This document shows, piece by piece, positions 60,338 through 63,403 of a stretch of DNA of 63,403 bases. This stretch comes from a virus (Duplodnaviria; Caudoviricetes). How positions within the stretch are numbered: position 1 is the first letter of the stretch; each line of letters starts with the position of its first letter. The DNA lies in the IMG/VR virus record IMGVR_UViG_3300037882_001548, positions 1 to 63,403 of that record; one strand, 5' to 3'. The position numbers and the translations under genes are program-made. The notes under the pieces are model-generated. The model was not told where the DNA came from. It saw only the letters and a program-made list of their open reading frames with translations, and ran no database searches.

Positions 60338-60801
60338 TATTTTATTAATTTTAATTGTTCTATAATATTAATAATTGTATCATCAACTTCTTTTTGATTA
60401 GAAGGAAGATATAGGTGATATACATAATCTGATTGATTGGTTATTCACTGTTTAAACAGTTTTCATCGAATATCAAAATCAGGCGTACGCATACCCTTAG
60501 TTTCTATGACAAACACATGATTTCTTTTTTTAATAAGAAAATCAGGCTTGTAAGACACTTTATTTACTTTGAATACATCTTGTCACTTCTTACGTCATTT
60601 CTCCTTAGAATCAAAATTAAATGCTTCTACAAGAACAAACGATTGTGATTCGTATTCAAATGCTACCATGCACTCTGTGAGTTTCATGGCACAATATAAT
60701 TCTAAACCAGAACGATAAGGACCTCATCGCTTGGTTTTATTATTAGAATTATACTTGTTGGTTAATGATTTAACTTTTTTAATCATTTGAGTTTCTACCA
60801 T
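60337..60801 (-). CDS. PD-(D/E)xK endonuclease, T7 endonuclease I / Holliday-junction resolvase-like (code 4; absent from the ORF track)
   Basis: Manual translation gives YRSGLELYC, FEYES, YKPDF, VIETKG and RWKLFK with five TGA and no TGG. TAA overlaps the next ATG at 60337; alternative start at 60786. Confidence 0.85.
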
Positions 60802-61339
60802 TTCTTTTACTCATAGACATTCCATCATATACGTTTGATGAACCATCCATAATGCGATATGTTCGTACTACGGCAAAATTAGTTATCTTAAAATATTCAA
60901 ATGTAATACCAAAATGTTCTTTTTCTAATTTATTAAGCACTTTTTGCTCTATTATTTGCGGTGTAATATCCACTAAACTATTAGTATATACACACTCCGC
61001 TATCTCTGACATAACCATGTTAACCAGGGTAGATTCAGGTTGATGCAGTGTATTATACAATTGCTTAATATCTGATACAGAATAACCAATAGCTCCACTC
61101 AAAGTGATATTTTTATCATCTTTGGTAGTCAATGTCTGTATAGGGAAACTGGTAATGCGTTTGCGAATAGATTGTACATAAACAGAATCTAAATAAGGTA
61201 TAATAAAATGCATACCACCATTAAGCGTTTTTACATTTTTACCTGCTCGCACACGTAGTCCAGATTCCCACGGTTGAATGATAATCCAGAACTTAAAGAA
61301 ACTAACTATTTGATTTATAAAATTTGAAATGTTATTCAT
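60779..61339 (-). CDS. SPFH/band-7 domain membrane protein
   Basis: IIQPWESGLRVRAGK, GMHFIIPYLD and QTLTTKD motifs. Confidence 0.85.
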   Translation of the reverse strand: MNNISNFINQIVSFFKFWIIIQPWESGLRVRAGKNVKTLNGGMHFIIPYLDSVYVQSIRKRITSFPIQTLTTKDDKNITLSGAIGYSVSDIKQLYNTLHQPESTLVNMVMSEIAECVYTNSLVDITPQIIEQKVLNKLEKEHFGITFEYFKITNFAVVRTYRIMDGSSNVYDGMSMSKRNGRNSND

Positions 61340-61341
61340 TG

Positions 61342-61710
61342 TTAAATTAATTTTGCTTTTAATTCTTCAATTTGAGCATTGATTAATGCGTTATTTTTTA
61401 TTTTAAATTTTTCTTTTTTGTCAAATTCAGCTTTACGTAATTTAGCATCTTTTATTAGTTGTATACGTGCATTATATGCTTCATCTGATTCTAATTCATA
61501 ATAACATAAATACATACTTAACTCATTACAATAATTTCAGTCTTCGGAAATATCGTATTCTAAAAACATATTTTCTTTATTATAAAATTTTTGTAATTCT
61601 TGAAGTTTTGATATTGTATTTTCTAAATTTTGTGTAAAAATATGGTTATTGTTAATACTTATATGTTTTTTTATTTTAATTCGTTCTGTGTTATTTATTT
61701 CACTATTCAT
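61342..61710 (-). CDS. hypothetical protein (122 aa, code 4; absent from the ORF track)
   Basis: ATG at 61710 overlaps the primase end; one TGA; ELESDEAYNARI then a coiled coil; TAA at 61344-61342. Confidence 0.65.
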
Positions 61711-62647
61711 TATTGATTAAGTTTTTTTTTAAATACTGTTTTACAGCATCTTTACCCAATATTTTATACATGCCTGAAATATCTTTCCCCTGCGGTACAT
61801 AAATACTGGGTATGTTATATAATTTTAAATATTTGTCTGCTATTTTTCTTCCTGCATTGTCATCATCCATAATACATATAATTGACTTAAATCGTTTCTT
61901 TAAATCTGTTATAATATCTTGATTAATCAACGTGCCTTCATTAACAGCACTGATAGCAGGTATATTAAGCGCATCCAGTGTCATTACATCTTTCAGTGAT
62001 TTAGTTATCACTAAACGCTTACCTGTTTGATTGAGTGTATCGTAGCCATGTACATAGTCTGTCTTTATACAGTTACGTCATTTATCTTTTTTTTGACTTA
62101 GCGGACGATACATCTTATAACCTACATTGGTTTCATAAACAAATAAAGGTTCGTTTATATCGGAAAGAAATACGCTATTTTGCGATGTAGCGAAAAAAGA
62201 ACAACTGCGTACATTAAATTTACGAAGTTGTTTAGCTGTTATGCCAAATTGATGCCAATAAGCTACTTCTGACTTGTTTCACCGTTTTAGCTGATATTCC
62301 ATCTCAATCGGTGTAGATACAATCAAAGGGTCTTCGTATGAGTCATATATGATATCGGATTCTAATAACCCAAAATCAGATATAACCATATCTATGACAC
62401 CGTGATAGCCTTTATCAGGGTACAGTGACATCAATGCACTTAATCAATCATATCCCTTACGATTGGCAAAATCATGGAATATAGGATAACCTTCGGTCGA
62501 TTGAAAAAAATAACAATCAGCCGACTTATCTATACGAAAAGGTGAAGTAAATCCTTTTCGATACGAGAAAAAACCCAAGTAACGTTTAAATATGTTACTT
62601 GGGTTAATTCTTTGTTCAACTCATTTTTTTCTTGTTATTTGATTCAT
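61703..62647 (-). CDS. dnaG: DnaG-type DNA primase (314 aa, code 4)
   Basis: SPFRID, FHDFA, YWHQFGI, YRPL...KW, ITKSLKDVM, Toprim MDDDNAG and KDIS. Four in-frame TGA. Confidence 0.85.
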
Positions 62648-62656
62648 TGTTATATT

Positions 62657-62917
62657 TTAATCTTCTTCGTTGATTTCTAAAAAATCGTTTCGTATAAGAC
62701 TATCTAATTGGTCATACACTTCATCGAATTCTTTTTGTATTTCTTCTGATTTATATACATAAACCTCAGAAGTATCTTCATCAGATAAACAAGTTAAATC
62801 GGATATTTTACAATTACATTTTGCCGCAACAATGAAATCAGCTAATTGGCATACGAAATACATGTAATCAGAATATGCTGTACCGTCTTGTTTTTGTATT
62901 TGTTCTATAATTGTCAT
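62657..62917 (-). CDS. small acidic hypothetical protein (86 aa)
   Basis: Likely start MTIIEQ at 62917, just after the upstream stop. Confidence 0.55.
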   Translation of the reverse strand: MTIIEQIQKQDGTAYSDYMYFVCQLADFIVAAKCNCKISDLTCLSDEDTSEVYVYKSEEIQKEFDEVYDQLDSLIRNDFLEINEED

Positions 62918-62921
62918 CTTT

Positions 62922-63403
62922 TTAATTATATTTTTTACCAGATATTGCTTGCATAAAACTATTTTCATCAAATCCGTGTCGATTGCGTATTTGATTGTTT
63001 ATTTTATTTTCTTTTTGTTCTTTTTCACGACGCAATTGTTTCTCTTTTTCTTTTCTTAAATTAAAATCAACCATAGCAGCATTGATTAAATTATTAGCTT
63101 CTTCTCTTTTATTAGCTTCTAATTCTTTTTGTGCTTTTGCATCAGCTTTATTTTTTTCATAATTGATTTTCTTAACATATTTGTACATCGCTTTTTTATT
63201 ATCAAAAGCGATACATTTAGATAAATCAATTATTTCTCCCTTATACGTAATATAATCATATTTATCAGGATTAAGAAAATAATCAGCTTCTAATTTAGTT
63301 AAAAAAGAACGATGATTTATTTGATGATTTAATATATGTATTTTAATAAAATCATCAAATGAAAGCATTCGTTTATCAAAAAAATTTTTAGATGTTTTTT
63401 CAA
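62922..63403 (-). CDS. basic coiled-coil hypothetical protein (possibly 5'-truncated by the window edge)
   Basis: ORF 62922-63368; the frame stays open upstream of the ATG to the end of the window. Confidence 0.55.
   Translation of the reverse strand, partial: EKTSKNFFDKRMLSFDDFIKIHILNHQINHRSFLTKLEADYFLNPDKYDYITYKGEIIDLSKCIAFDNKKAMYKYVKKINYEKNKADAKAQKELEANKREEANNLINAAMVDFNLRKEKEKQLRREKEQKENKINNQIRNRHGFDENSFMQAISGKKYN

Larger units (their letters stand above)
511..63403. mobile_element. crAss-like (Crassvirales-type) bacteriophage genome segment using genetic code 4 (TGA=Trp)
   Basis: Gene order is TerL-portal-scaffold-MCP-ring/aux capsid-fibres-lysis-tail rings-muzzle-giant virion RNAP on +, converging on a primase/nuclease block on -. 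Consecutive ORF fragments are in frame and separated only by TGA. Starts are A-rich without Shine-Dalgarno motifs, as in Bacteroidota. Confidence 0.93.

Noticed and set aside
55720-61043. Short + strand ORFs at 55720, 59832, 60433 and 60852
   Set aside because: Antisense to well-supported - strand genes.
1003-62647. Mass pseudogenisation or sequencing errors explaining the fragmented ORFs
   Set aside because: Interruptions are TGA only, never shift the frame, and fall at expected Trp positions in essential genes.
1003-62647. TGA=Gly (code 25), TGA=Sec, or TAG recoding (code 15)
   Set aside because: Motif context indicates Trp. No in-frame TAG was needed to join any gene, and TAG serves as a stop at 55464, 59307 and 61703.
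1-63403. Suppressor tRNA, other RNA genes or a CRISPR array
   Set aside because: Intergenic gaps are short and AT-rich, and I saw no cloverleaf or repeat-spacer pattern. tRNAscan-SE/ARAGORN would be needed to exclude them formally.

Overview
About 62.9 kb (from ~511 to the end) of an AT-rich, crAss-like (Crassvirales-type) phage genome, probably infecting a Bacteroidota host. It reads TGA as Trp (genetic code 4), so the supplied ORF track is badly fragmented. Read in code 4, the + strand carries an intact late operon: intein-containing TerL (5'-truncated), portal, scaffold, major capsid, ring and auxiliary capsid proteins, four fibre/spike genes, a lysis region with a membrane-anchored metacaspase and a CHAP endolysin, tail ring/tube/muzzle genes, and ejection proteins. 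Three of the fibre genes start with Sec-type signal peptides. The ejection proteins include a 5586-aa polyprotein (SF1 helicase + zincin + virion RNA polymerase) and a 1743-aa protein (zincin + PD-(D/E)xK nuclease-like). The - strand from 55.5 kb carries replication/metabolism genes (exonuclease, HAD hydrolase, GGCT, endonuclease/resolvase, SPFH protein, primase); the exonuclease, endonuclease and primase also contain in-frame TGA. The first ~510 bp (Cro-like end and half of an SF2 helicase) look foreign and are joined in frame to the middle of the TerL intein, most likely a chimeric junction. No tRNA, rRNA or CRISPR array was seen. All family assignments are by eye from motifs and synteny; no searches were run.
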